Of a stretch of DNA of 64,000 nucleotides, positions 30,832-39,850 are shown piece by piece; the stretch's first letter is position 1, and every line of letters starts with the position of its first letter. A program made the translations under genes and the position numbers. The DNA comes from a bacterium (GTDB taxonomy: Bacteria > Actinomycetota > Acidimicrobiia > Acidimicrobiales > CATQHL01): the NCBI GenBank assembly GCA_026708055.1, contig JAPOVS010000040.1:29400-93399 (forward strand), read 5' to 3'. The notes beneath the pieces are model-generated. The model was not told where the DNA came from and did no database searches. It saw nothing but the letters and a program-made list of their open reading frames with translations.

Positions 30832-31890
30832 ATGACTCACCGCCTGACGCAGTACAGCCACGGCGCGGGTTGAGCCGGCAAGCTCGGTCCCGGTGACCTG
30901 GCGCAGGTCCTGCGCTCGCTCCCAACGCACGCTCACCCCGATTTGCTGATCGGTACTGGCGACGACGCCGCCGTGTGGCGCCGGTCCGACGGGCGCGCCC
31001 TGGTGTCGACGGTGGACTTCTTCCCGCCGGTCACCGACGACGCCGAGACGTGGGGCCGGATCGCCGCCGCCAATGCGGCCAGCGACGTCTACGCCATGGG
31101 CGGGCGCCCACTGTTCGCCCTCAACCTGGCGGTGTGGCCGCGAGACCGCCTCCCGCTGGAACTGCTGGGCGATGTTCTGCGCGGCGGCGCGGCGATGGCC
31201 ACCGAGGGCGGCTGGCAGGTGATCGGCGGCCACACGACCGAGGGACCCGAGCCGATGTACGGGCAAGCGGTAACCGGTGAGGCGCGAGCCGACCGGCTGA
31301 TGCGTTGCGCAGGCACCGGCGCGGACCGCAGTCTCGTCCTCACCAAGCCTGTCGGCACCGGCATCATCACGACGGCGCACAAGATCCTCCCACCCGGCGA
31401 CCCCGTCCTCCCGGAGACTGCGTTCGGCGCCGCGGTGGCCGAGATGTGCCGGCTGAACGACAAGGCGTCGGAACTGGCCGTCGAGGCCGGTGTCACGGGC
31501 GCGACCGACGTGACCGGATTCGGCCTGCTCGGGCACCTGCAGGAGATGTGCGCGGCCAGCGGGATCGGCGCGGCGCTGCACGTGGCCGAGGTCCCGCTGC
31601 TGCCCGAGGTCACCTCCCTCGCCGCAGCGGGGTACGTCCCCGGCGGGACCGGCCGCAACCTGGCCGCCGTCGGCCGGCACCTCCGCCTGCGGTCCGGGGA
31701 GCCCGACGCGGTGCTCTTGAACATCCTGGCCGACCCGCAGACCTCGGGCGGCCTGCTCCTGGCGTGCCCGCCCGGCTCCGCCGGGGACCTCGTGAGCGCA
31801 CTCACCGCAGCCGGGCACGCCGCCGCCGTCATCGGCGAGACCACCGGCTCGCTGCCTGCGGGGCAAATCGAGCTGGTCCTGGAGTCGTGA
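30832..31890 (+). CDS. selD: selenide, water dikinase (selenophosphate synthetase) with an in-frame TGA (predicted selenocysteine) at codon 14
   Basis: Reads [16 protein letters not shown](30871-30873)[13 protein letters not shown]...LIGTGDDAAV..., compared with E. coli [20 protein letters not shown]. The rest matches the AIR-synthase-like SelD fold. ATG 30796 is an alternative in-frame start. Confidence 0.85.
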
Positions 31891-31976
31891 GCCACTGCGG
31901 CGAGGAACCAGCCGCATCGCCCGGTACGGGGGGAAACGCCCGTCGCCGCGCTACCGCCCCACGCCCCGCGGTCTGC

Positions 31977-32657
31977 GTGGCAGTCGTCCTGGTGGTCGGC
32001 GTGGTCGCGCTGTCGACGGCTTCGCTGTTCGTGACCCAGGACTACCTCATCGCACAGGGTGTCCGCATTGTGATCGTCTCCTTCACGCTGGGAGCGATCC
32101 CGTTCTCCAACCTCCTGGCTCAGTCGGTCGCCGGAACGGATCTGCGGTCCGTCGGCAGCGGCACCGTGTCGGGCACAGCGCTGTACCGCGTGGCCGGCTT
32201 CGCCCCCCTCGCGGTGGGCGGACTCATGGACGTCGCCAAGGCGGTGCCCGGGGTCCTCGCTGCTGGTTCGGCGCCCCTGGTGAGCGCCCTGGCGGCGGGA
32301 GCGGCGGTCGCCGGGCACAACTGGTCGCCGTTCCTGCGTGGCGCCGGAGGGCGCGGTGTGTCACCCGCCATGGGAGCGCTGGCGGTCGTCTACTGGCCCG
32401 GGGCGGTTCTGCTGCTGGCCGGGCTGGGGATCGGGCGGGTGATCCGCCAGACCGGGCTGGCGTCCTTCGCCGCCATGGTGGCGCTGCCGCTGCTGGCGCT
32501 GTCTTGGGGCGGCCGCGACGCTGCGCTGGCGGGCTCCGTGGTGGTGGCCCCGATGCTGCTCAAGCGACTCACCGCCAACAACACCGTGCCCCCGGCAGGC
32601 CGCCGGGCGCGCGTCGCACTGCGTCGCCTGCTCTACGACAACGACGGTGCGCCGTGA
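31977..32657 (+). CDS. PlsY-family (glycerol-3-phosphate acyltransferase-like) membrane protein
   Basis: Contains GAIPFSNLLA...SVGSGTVSGTALYRV...DVAKAVPGVL...AGHNWSPFLRGAGGRG, which are PlsY-type motifs. The start (GTG 31977, 31992 or 32001) is uncertain. The track ORF from 31305 overlaps selD. Confidence 0.7.
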   Translation: MAVVLVVGVVALSTASLFVTQDYLIAQGVRIVIVSFTLGAIPFSNLLAQSVAGTDLRSVGSGTVSGTALYRVAGFAPLAVGGLMDVAKAVPGVLAAGSAPLVSALAAGAAVAGHNWSPFLRGAGGRGVSPAMGALAVVYWPGAVLLLAGLGIGRVIRQTGLASFAAMVALPLLALSWGGRDAALAGSVVVAPMLLKRLTANNTVPPAGRRARVALRRLLYDNDGAP

Positions 32658-33951
32658 GGCTTCCGCGGCCGGGCGCCGCAACCGCCGGGATGGCGCTGTG
32701 AGTTCGCTGCGCCGCGTCCTCGGCGGCACCGACTTCCGGCGCCTGCTCGTCGGCCAGGGCGTCTCGGGTCTGGGCGACTGGATGGCCACCTTCGCGCTCA
32801 TGGCGCTGGCCTGGGAGGTCACGTCCTCGACGAGCGCCGTGGGCGGCATCCTCACGCTGCGGCTGCTGCCGGCCGCCCTGGGCGGCACGGTGGCCGCCAG
32901 GGTGTCGTTGCGCTGGGACCGGCGCCGCACGATGCTGGCGACGGATCTGCTGCGCGCCGGGATCGTGGCGATCATCCCCCTCATCGCCCAACTCTGGTGG
33001 ATCTACCTCTGGGCGTTCGTCCTGGAGGCCGCCAGCGTCATCTTCCTGTCCGCCCGTGACGCCGCCGTCCCCGACCTCGCCGAGCCCGATGACCTGCCCA
33101 CGGCCAACAGCCTGATGCTGGGGTCCTCCTTCGGGAGCATCCCCGTCGGCGCGGGCGCCTTCGCCGTCCTCACCCTGCTGCCGTTCGCGGACCAGGGTTG
33201 GCTGGAGTCCCGCCCGCACGCCGTCGTGTTCTGGATCGACGCGCTGACCTATCTGGTCTCGGCTTTGCTCATCGCCCGTATGGCACCCCTGAAGAAACCG
33301 ACCGGCGTCGTGGTGGCAGGCACCAGCGCGGGACGTCTGCGAGACGCCGTGCACATTCCCCTGGTCCGCTCGATCATGCCCGCGGCCGCCGCGGTGGCAC
33401 TCGGGCTCGGCGCGTTGTTCTCCCTGGGCCTGAGCCTCGTACTCGTGGAACTGGCGGCATCGAACCTGGAATTCGGAGTGCTGATCGCCGTCTTCGGCGT
33501 GGGGGCGGGCGCCGGCCTGATCATCGCCACCCAACTCGCGCTCCCGCTGATGGAGATGACCCGCTACGGCACCCTGACCATGGGCGCACTGGTGGCCTGC
33601 ATGAGCCTCAGCCCCGTGCTCTGGCTGACCTATCTGGGTGCGTTCGGCTTCGGCCTGGCAGCGACGGTGGCGCTCACGTCGGGCATGACAGCCCTGCAAT
33701 CCGGTACCACCGAGATAGAACGCGGCCTCGCGTTCGCCGCCTTCCACATGGTCATCCGGATGGCGCTGGGGCTTGCCGCCGTGGTGGCCGGTGCGATCCG
33801 CGACGCTCTCGACGAGGTGACGATCTTCGATTTCTGGACGCTCAGCGGGACCCGGCTCGTTCTCCTGGCTTCGGGAATCCTCGTCGTGGGCAGCGCTGTG
33901 GCGGTGCGCGCCGGATCGCTCGAAGATCCGGATACGAATAACGCTTCGTGA
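32647..33951 (+). CDS. MFS transporter
   Basis: About 12 predicted hydrophobic helices. The N-terminus FRRLLVGQGVSGLGDWMATFAL is typical of the MFS_3/EntS-like group. A GTG start near 32698 is possible. Confidence 0.8.
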   Translation: MRREASAAGRRNRRDGAVSSLRRVLGGTDFRRLLVGQGVSGLGDWMATFALMALAWEVTSSTSAVGGILTLRLLPAALGGTVAARVSLRWDRRRTMLATDLLRAGIVAIIPLIAQLWWIYLWAFVLEAASVIFLSARDAAVPDLAEPDDLPTANSLMLGSSFGSIPVGAGAFAVLTLLPFADQGWLESRPHAVVFWIDALTYLVSALLIARMAPLKKPTGVVVAGTSAGRLRDAVHIPLVRSIMPAAAAVALGLGALFSLGLSLVLVELAASNLEFGVLIAVFGVGAGAGLIIATQLALPLMEMTRYGTLTMGALVACMSLSPVLWLTYLGAFGFGLAATVALTSGMTALQSGTTEIERGLAFAAFHMVIRMALGLAAVVAGAIRDALDEVTIFDFWTLSGTRLVLLASGILVVGSAVAVRAGSLEDPDTNNAS

Positions 33952-34021
33952 CCGTCCTGACACGTGCTGCAGCAACCGGGCGCGCCCGCCTGCCGGGCGT
34001 CTCGGGGCCGGCGGTGACGGC

Positions 34022-34861
34022 GTGACGGTCGCGGTCGTCACCGACAGCGCCGCCGCACTCCCGCCGGCGATGCAGCGGGACCTGGACATCAGCGTCGTGC
34101 CGATCCTGCTCACCGTCGACGGGAGGGAGATCGCCGACGACGCCCTGCCGCCGCACGAACTCCTCGCCGCGGGCACCCTGAGTACCGCGGCGCCGAGCGC
34201 CGGCGCATTCACCCGCGCCGTGCGCGAACGCCAGAGTCCCGACGGCGTGCTGGTGCTGACCCTCTCGGACAAGCTGTCGAGCAGCCACCGGGCGGCCGTG
34301 CTCGGCGCACGAGAGGCCGAGGGTTCCACGATCGTGGTGGACACCGCCAACGCGGCGGGCGCCCAGGCCCTGGCCGTGCACGCCGCGGCCGTCGCCGCAC
34401 GGCGCGGCGCCGGCCTGGCCGAGGCGGCGGACATCGCCCGCCGCGTCGCCGCACGAGCGCGCCTCATCGGCGTGCTCGGCAGCCTCGAACAACTCGTGCG
34501 AAGCGGGCGGATCCCCTCGATGGCCGGCCGGGCCGGGGATCGGCTGGGGGTCCGACCGATGTTCGACGTGCACGACGGTCGGATCCGGCGGCTGCTGCCG
34601 AGCCGCAACACGGAGACCGCCCACCGGCGCATCCTGGATCAGTGGCGCCAGAGTCGCCCGGCCGAGGTCCGCGCCCTGCACGTCGCCGCCGTCCACGCCG
34701 GCGCGCCCACCGATGCCGAGGCCCTCCTGGCGGCAGTGACAGCGGAGACCGAGCCGGCCACGGCGTTCATCGGCGGCTTCGGCGGGGCACTGGTCGCCAC
34801 CGCCGGCGTGGGGGTCTCGGGACTCGCCTGGTGGTGGGAGACGCCCGAGGATCCGCTCTAG
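34022..34861 (+). CDS. DegV family fatty-acid-binding protein
   Basis: Begins (GTG start)TVAVVTDSAAALPPAMQRDLDISVVPILLTVDGRE..., a DegV N-terminal signature. 279 aa. Confidence 0.88.
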   Translation: MTVAVVTDSAAALPPAMQRDLDISVVPILLTVDGREIADDALPPHELLAAGTLSTAAPSAGAFTRAVRERQSPDGVLVLTLSDKLSSSHRAAVLGAREAEGSTIVVDTANAAGAQALAVHAAAVAARRGAGLAEAADIARRVAARARLIGVLGSLEQLVRSGRIPSMAGRAGDRLGVRPMFDVHDGRIRRLLPSRNTETAHRRILDQWRQSRPAEVRALHVAAVHAGAPTDAEALLAAVTAETEPATAFIGGFGGALVATAGVGVSGLAWWWETPEDPL

Positions 34862-34862
34862 G

Positions 34863-35810
34863 TCAGCCTGCCCGCACGCCCGGCGCCGGCGCCTCCGAGA
34901 GGCCGTGCGCGCAGCGGCCGTCGGCGGTGACGGTGAGGATCTCGGCACCGTCGGCGGTCACCAGGAGCGTGTGCTCGAACTGCGCGCTGCGCGACCGGTC
35001 GGCCGTCACCGCCGTCCAACCGTCGTTCCACAACTCCACCTGCGGGCTGCCGAGCGTGAGCATCGGTTCGATCGTGAAGGTCATGCCCTCGGCCAGCGGC
35101 GTCGAGTTGCGCGGATCGTGATAGTGCGGGATCTGCAGGTTGCCGTGGAAGTCGGTCCCCACGCCGTGGCCCACGAACTCGCGCACCACCCCGAGACCGC
35201 CCGGACGCGCCACGCCTTCGATTGCCCTGCCGATCTCGCTGACCGGCACGCCGGGCGCCACCACCGAGATCGCCGCCTGCAGCGCCCGCAGCGTCCCGCT
35301 CACGAGCCGGCGGCTCGGGGCGTCCACCTCGCCGGCGCAGAACATGGCCGAGGTGTCGCCGTGCACCCCATCGAGGTACACGGTCACGTCGATGTTCACG
35401 ATGTCGCCGGCAACCAGCGGACGGCTGTCGGGAATGCCGTGGCAGATGACCTCGTTCACCGACGTGCAGACCGATTTCGGGAAGGTGCGGTACCCGAGCG
35501 GGCTGGGGTAGGCACCTCGGGCGAGCACCTCGGCGTGGACGACCTCGTCGATGGCGTCGGTGGTGACACCGGGAGAGACCTGCCGGCCGGCAATGAGCAG
35601 GATCTCCGCGGCCGCCGCCCCCGCGCGGCGCATCGCCTCGATCTCCGCCTGCGAGCGCACCGGCGACATGCGCGCCGGTCCCGGCTCCCCGCGCGCGTTG
35701 CGAACATACGGCGGGCGGGCAATGTGGCGAGGCACCGGTCGGGGCGGCCCGACGATGCCCGGCTGCACCGAGGCGGACCGCACCAGCGGCCGCCGCTTGC
35801 GCTTGGCCAC
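34863..35810 (-). CDS. map: type I methionine aminopeptidase (class Ic, Pro-rich N-terminal extension)
   Basis: Contains VCTSVNEVICHGIP, DIVNIDVTVYLDGVHGD, GHGVG and FTIEP metal-ligand motifs. Confidence 0.93.
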   Translation of the reverse strand: MAKRKRRPLVRSASVQPGIVGPPRPVPRHIARPPYVRNARGEPGPARMSPVRSQAEIEAMRRAGAAAAEILLIAGRQVSPGVTTDAIDEVVHAEVLARGAYPSPLGYRTFPKSVCTSVNEVICHGIPDSRPLVAGDIVNIDVTVYLDGVHGDTSAMFCAGEVDAPSRRLVSGTLRALQAAISVVAPGVPVSEIGRAIEGVARPGGLGVVREFVGHGVGTDFHGNLQIPHYHDPRNSTPLAEGMTFTIEPMLTLGSPQVELWNDGWTAVTADRSRSAQFEHTLLVTADGAEILTVTADGRCAHGLSEAPAPGVRAG

Positions 35811-35814
35811 TCCC

Positions 35815-36678
35815 CTACACCGCGGCCGGGTCGCCCGGCGGCGGCGCGGGCCAGACCGGCGGCGGCGCGGGCCAGACCGGCGGCGGCGCGGGCCAGACCG
35901 GCGGGCGCTTCTCGAGGAACGCCCCGATGCCCTCCTGAGCGTCGTCCATGGCGGCGTTGGCGGCCATGACCTGACGCGTGTACTCGTAGGCCTCGGGCTC
36001 GGCGCGATCGAGTTGCTCGTAGAAGGCCCTCTTGCCGATCGCCAGCACGCCGGCGCTGAAGCGGCCGATCCGTCCGGCCAGGTCGGCCACCGCCTCCTGC
36101 AGCTCCCCGGCGGGCACCACCCTGTTCACCAAACCCCACTCAGCCGCGGTGGCGGCGTCGATGGGGTCACCGGTGAGCAGCATCTCCAGAGCCCGCTTGC
36201 GCCCGATGGCACGCGACAGCGGCACCATGGGCACCGAGCAGAACAGGCCGATGCGCACCCCGGGCACGGCGAAGCGGCTCCGGTCGGTCGCCACGACAAG
36301 GTCGCAGGCCGCCACCACCTGGCAGCCGGCCGCGGTGGCGATGCCGTCCACGGCGGCCACCACCGGTTGCGGCACGCTGCGGATCATCGCCATCAACTCG
36401 CAGCACACGTCGAAGAGCTCCTCGTAGAAGGCGTCGGAGCGGTCCACCATCTCTGCCAGGTCGTGACCGGCGCTGAAGGCGGGGGACGTCCCCGAGACGA
36501 CGATCACCCGCACCGCGGGATCGGCACCGAACCCACCGACCGCGGTGATGAGATCGCGCAGCACCGCCAGGCTGAGCGGATTGCGACGTGCGGGATTGTC
36601 CAGCAGCACCTCGCCGATGTCGCCGTTACGGCTCACGCGCACATGGCCCGTGGCCTGCGATCCGTTGCCCCCGGCCAT
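35815..36678 (-). CDS. enoyl-CoA hydratase/isomerase (crotonase) family protein with a repeated PPVWPAP C-terminal tail
   Basis: The crotonase core is VIVVSGTSPAFSAGHDL...VAAVDGIATAAGCQ. The stop lies 4 nt upstream of the map start. Confidence 0.88.
   Translation of the reverse strand: MAGGNGSQATGHVRVSRNGDIGEVLLDNPARRNPLSLAVLRDLITAVGGFGADPAVRVIVVSGTSPAFSAGHDLAEMVDRSDAFYEELFDVCCELMAMIRSVPQPVVAAVDGIATAAGCQVVAACDLVVATDRSRFAVPGVRIGLFCSVPMVPLSRAIGRKRALEMLLTGDPIDAATAAEWGLVNRVVPAGELQEAVADLAGRIGRFSAGVLAIGKRAFYEQLDRAEPEAYEYTRQVMAANAAMDDAQEGIGAFLEKRPPVWPAPPPVWPAPPPVWPAPPPGDPAAV
35837..35899. repeat. perfect 21-bp tandem repeat x3 (GGCGGCGGCGCGGGCCAGACC)
   Basis: Copies at 35837-35857, 35858-35878 and 35879-35899 were read directly. 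The repeat is in frame and encodes (PPVWPAP)x3 at the crotonase C-terminus. Confidence 0.9.
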
Positions 36679-36810
36679 GCGGCCAGCCTAACGGCGCGCC
36701 ACCTGCGCCGCCCGGGAGGCCGTGCCGCTCACACAGGTGATCTACACCGAGTCTGACCTGCTGCGGCAGACCAACGGCAGAATATTCGGCACTGTAAACG
36801 TTGTTTCAAT

Positions 36811-36842
36811 CAGTTTCATGTATTATCTGATGCATGAAACTG
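36811..36842. promoter_or_regulatory. 10-bp perfect inverted repeat enclosing the start codon of the 36834 gene
   Basis: CAGTTTCATG (36811-36820), then a 12-nt AT-rich spacer, then CATGAAACTG (36833-36842; ATG at 36834). It sits in a locally AT-rich spacer. It could be an operator or an RNA hairpin. Confidence 0.4.
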
Positions 36843-37919
36843 TGTGCAAGACGGCTGATTACGCTTCTGTCCGGCGCGATGCGGCGCGGGCCGAGCACAG
36901 GCGGCGCGGCGATCGGGCTCGTCGCCGCAATCATTCTGACCCCGGCCTGCGTGTCAGGTGGGCAGGACGCCACCGACGGCGCCGCCGCTCTCGCGCACCT
37001 GGCGGCGGCTTCGGCCGGCCACCCGCTGTCCCCGCTGTCAGCCGGGGAGGCCGGCCACACCCCCGGCGCGCCCGCACACAACGGATACCTTCGCGGATCG
37101 CCGGGTGAACCCGACGATCCTGCAACCGTCGACCATCCACCGGGCCCGGCGATTCCCGAAGAGCCACAGCCGGGATGGAGTCCTGAGGCCGTTCGAGCCG
37201 GCCACGCCCGCGGTGGCACCGGGATCCCGGCGCCCGAGAGAGAACGCGGCGCATCCGCCGCCACCACGTCGCCGGGACCGGTCGAGGTGCTGCCCGGACC
37301 GTCGGCGCCTGACGGGCCGGAACGCGAGTGGGCGGCACCGCACGGACCGGTGATGCTCGCATCCTCGCGCCACGGTGAGGAGCCACCTGCCGATGTCGCC
37401 GGCGCGATCCTCGACGCCTACACCGCGTTCTGGGACAGCTACTGGGCTGCGGCCAGCCATCCGGTGAACCCCGACCATCCGGGGATCGGAAGGCACAGCG
37501 TCGAGCCGCTGCGCAGCCGAACCGTCGGCGTACTGCGTGGGCGCGTGGCCGAGGGCGTCGCCCTGCGCCTCCCCGGCGATCACGGTGCCGGCCGGGTCGT
37601 CCACATCGAGGGCTGGGACGCCGACAGCGCCGAGGTCCTGGACTGCTTCGTGGACACCGCCGTCCTCTACGAGGTGGCGACGGGTCGCGTGCGCAACGAC
37701 GAGCACGCCACCGTGGTGCATCTGGCGCTGATGCGGCGCCAGGGCGGCACTTGGCGCGTGGCGGAGATCTTCGAACAGGCGATTCACACAGGAAGGACGG
37801 ACGGATGCATCCTGCAGACCAACACTCACTGGCGGCCGGCACCCCCCGGAACCGCGCTCGCGTCACCGGTCGGATCAGAACGCGACGGCGTCGCGGGCAC
37901 GTCGCGGTCGCCCTGGTGA
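36834..37919 (+). CDS. hypothetical secreted/lipoprotein-like protein
   Basis: The N-terminal signal is MKLCARRLITLLSG...GLVAAIILTPAC. A Pro-rich linker and a C-terminal globular part (AILDAYTAFWDSYWAAAS...WRVAEIFEQA) follow. The last ~115 nt overlap the next gene, so the true 3' end is uncertain. Confidence 0.55.
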   Translation: MKLCARRLITLLSGAMRRGPSTGGAAIGLVAAIILTPACVSGGQDATDGAAALAHLAAASAGHPLSPLSAGEAGHTPGAPAHNGYLRGSPGEPDDPATVDHPPGPAIPEEPQPGWSPEAVRAGHARGGTGIPAPERERGASAATTSPGPVEVLPGPSAPDGPEREWAAPHGPVMLASSRHGEEPPADVAGAILDAYTAFWDSYWAAASHPVNPDHPGIGRHSVEPLRSRTVGVLRGRVAEGVALRLPGDHGAGRVVHIEGWDADSAEVLDCFVDTAVLYEVATGRVRNDEHATVVHLALMRRQGGTWRVAEIFEQAIHTGRTDGCILQTNTHWRPAPPGTALASPVGSERDGVAGTSRSPW

Positions 37920-38677
37920 CAGCCGCCGGGGCGCTGTCTGTGGGGGCGCCCGCCGTCGCCGCGGCCGACTCGACCGAGGTCGAGAACTGCAGCGACGGCA
38001 AAAACTTCTGCTCGACACTCACCGTCGAGCGCCCCACGGTCGAGGAACCGCCGCCGAAGAACACAGGCAGCAGCCTCAACTACTGCGGACCCTTCTACCT
38101 CCAGGACGACGGCACCTACAACGTCGACATCTGCGACTCCGACGGCAAGTACATCCAGACCCTCAACCTGGCTCCGAGCAAGTCGCGGCCCCGCCCTGGC
38201 CAGTCCTCGGTCATCTCGTCGGCGATGGGAGCGCTCAACCCGCCTCGACCGACGATCCACACCTCGCCGGGCTACCGGAAGGGGTTGCTGGTGCAGACCC
38301 CGACGTGGCTCTGGCTGCCGCCGTCGTACTGGCGCACCTACAGCACCACGATCATGGTCTGGGGGTACGTGGTCACGATCTTCGCCACACCCACCGTGGT
38401 GCGTTGGAAAATGGGCAACGGCGACGCGATCACCTGCCTGGGCCCGGGCACCCCGTGGATCCCGGGTTTCAGCGACACGCTCAGCACCTGCAGGTACACC
38501 TACCGGCACTCCTCCGACGGTGCCCCGAGGGACCGCTACAAGATCACCGCCACCGTCACCTTCGTGGGCAGTTTCACGACCGTGGGCCTCGGCGGCATGC
38601 GCGGCCCGCTGGGAGCGGTGACCCGCAGTTCGTCCGTCTACGCCCCCGTGGCGGAGATCCAGGGTCTGGTGGTGTGA
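37805..38677 (+). CDS. hypothetical secreted protein
   Basis: An Arg-rich n-region is followed by the hydrophobic core VAVALVTAAGALSVGAPAVAAA. The mature part is Cys-containing. I chose ATG 37805 within track ORF 37751. Confidence 0.6.
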   Translation: MHPADQHSLAAGTPRNRARVTGRIRTRRRRGHVAVALVTAAGALSVGAPAVAAADSTEVENCSDGKNFCSTLTVERPTVEEPPPKNTGSSLNYCGPFYLQDDGTYNVDICDSDGKYIQTLNLAPSKSRPRPGQSSVISSAMGALNPPRPTIHTSPGYRKGLLVQTPTWLWLPPSYWRTYSTTIMVWGYVVTIFATPTVVRWKMGNGDAITCLGPGTPWIPGFSDTLSTCRYTYRHSSDGAPRDRYKITATVTFVGSFTTVGLGGMRGPLGAVTRSSSVYAPVAEIQGLVV

Positions 38678-38752
38678 ACCTACGGCAGTCGGCGGGGAGC
38701 CTGCGGCCCCATAGGCTCGGGCCGTACCCGCCCAGGCGCCCGGGAGGCCCGC

Positions 38753-39742
38753 ATGTTCACCGCCCTGCTGCTCTCCAAGACCGAAGACGGATTCCAGCAC
38801 AGCATCAGCCGGCTCGCCGAGGATCAGCTCCCGGACCACGAGGTGACCGTCGCCGTGGACTATTCCACGGTCAACTATAAGGACGGCCTGGCGATCTGCA
38901 ACGGCGCGCCGGTGGTGCGCAACTGGCCGCTCGTGCCGGGCATCGACCTGGCAGGTGTCGTCGAGGCAAGCGATCACCCCGACTGGCAACCCGGCGACCG
39001 CGTGACCGTGAACGGCTGGGACCTCGGCGAGAAGCACTGGGGCGGCATGGCCACCAAGGCGCGTGTCGAGGCCGGCTGGCTGACGCGCCTGCCCGCCGGC
39101 ATCGACACGCGCGCCGCGGCCGCCATCGGCACCGCCGGCTACACCGCCATGCTGTGCGTGATGGCCCTGGAGGACCACGGCGCCGGCCCCGAGGGCGGCC
39201 CGGTCGTCGTCACCGGCGCCGCCGGGGGCGTCGGCAGCGTGGCGGTCGCCGTGCTGGCCAAACTGGGCTACGAGGTGGTGGCCTCCACCGGTCGGGCGGA
39301 CAGCGAGGGCGACTACCTGCGCAGCCTCGGCGCCGCGGCCATCATCGACCGCAGCGAGTTGAGCGAGCCCGGCGGGCGACCCATGGCGAGGCCCCGCTGG
39401 GCGGCCGGCGTGGACACCGTCGGCAGCCACACGCTCGTGAACCTCATCGCGGCGCTCGAGCCCGAGGGCTGTGTGGCCGCCTGCGGCCTGGCCGGCGGCT
39501 CGGATCTCTCCGGCACCGTGTTCCCGTTCATCCTCCGGGGGGCGAGCCTGCTGGGGGTCAACTGCGTCTACCAGCCGGCCGCGCGCCGGACCGAGGCCTG
39601 GCAGAGGCTGGCCACCGACCTCGACGGAGGCACCCTGGAGTCCATCACCAGCGAGGTGCCCCTGGGGGAGGTGCCCCGGGTGGCCGCTGACATCCTCGCC
39701 GGGGCGGTGCGGGGCCGGGTCGTGGTGGACGTGAACGCCTGA
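38753..39742 (+). CDS. YhdH/AcuI-type NADPH:quinone/acrylyl-CoA reductase (MDR superfamily)
   Basis: Reads MFTALLLSKTEDGF...VAVDYSTVNYKDGLA...PLVPGIDLAGVV...GAAGGVGS, which is characteristic of the YhdH/YhfP subfamily. Confidence 0.88.
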   Translation: MFTALLLSKTEDGFQHSISRLAEDQLPDHEVTVAVDYSTVNYKDGLAICNGAPVVRNWPLVPGIDLAGVVEASDHPDWQPGDRVTVNGWDLGEKHWGGMATKARVEAGWLTRLPAGIDTRAAAAIGTAGYTAMLCVMALEDHGAGPEGGPVVVTGAAGGVGSVAVAVLAKLGYEVVASTGRADSEGDYLRSLGAAAIIDRSELSEPGGRPMARPRWAAGVDTVGSHTLVNLIAALEPEGCVAACGLAGGSDLSGTVFPFILRGASLLGVNCVYQPAARRTEAWQRLATDLDGGTLESITSEVPLGEVPRVAADILAGAVRGRVVVDVNA

Positions 39743-39850
39743 GAATCAGACCCGGCGAGGCGGTACGCTGCGGCCCGGCGGCCCGGGGCGGCGACAGCGA
39801 CAGTCCCTCCCGGCGGCTGCGGGAACGCATCGAGCACGAGGAGAGACCCG

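Noticed and set aside
34859-34865. The convergent degV and map stop codons are separated by a single nucleotide, leaving no room for terminators.
   Set aside because: This was read correctly, but such tight convergent ends are common in compact GC-rich genomes. I could derive no further signal from it.
37805-37919. A 115-nt overlap between the 36834..37919 and 37805..38677 ORFs, considered as a possible programmed frameshift or fusion.
   Set aside because: The tail of the first ORF (IHTGRTDGCILQTNTHWRPAPPG...) looks like read-through in a stop-poor frame. The second frame encodes a proper signal peptide there, so this is most simply an ordinary overlap or a late stop.
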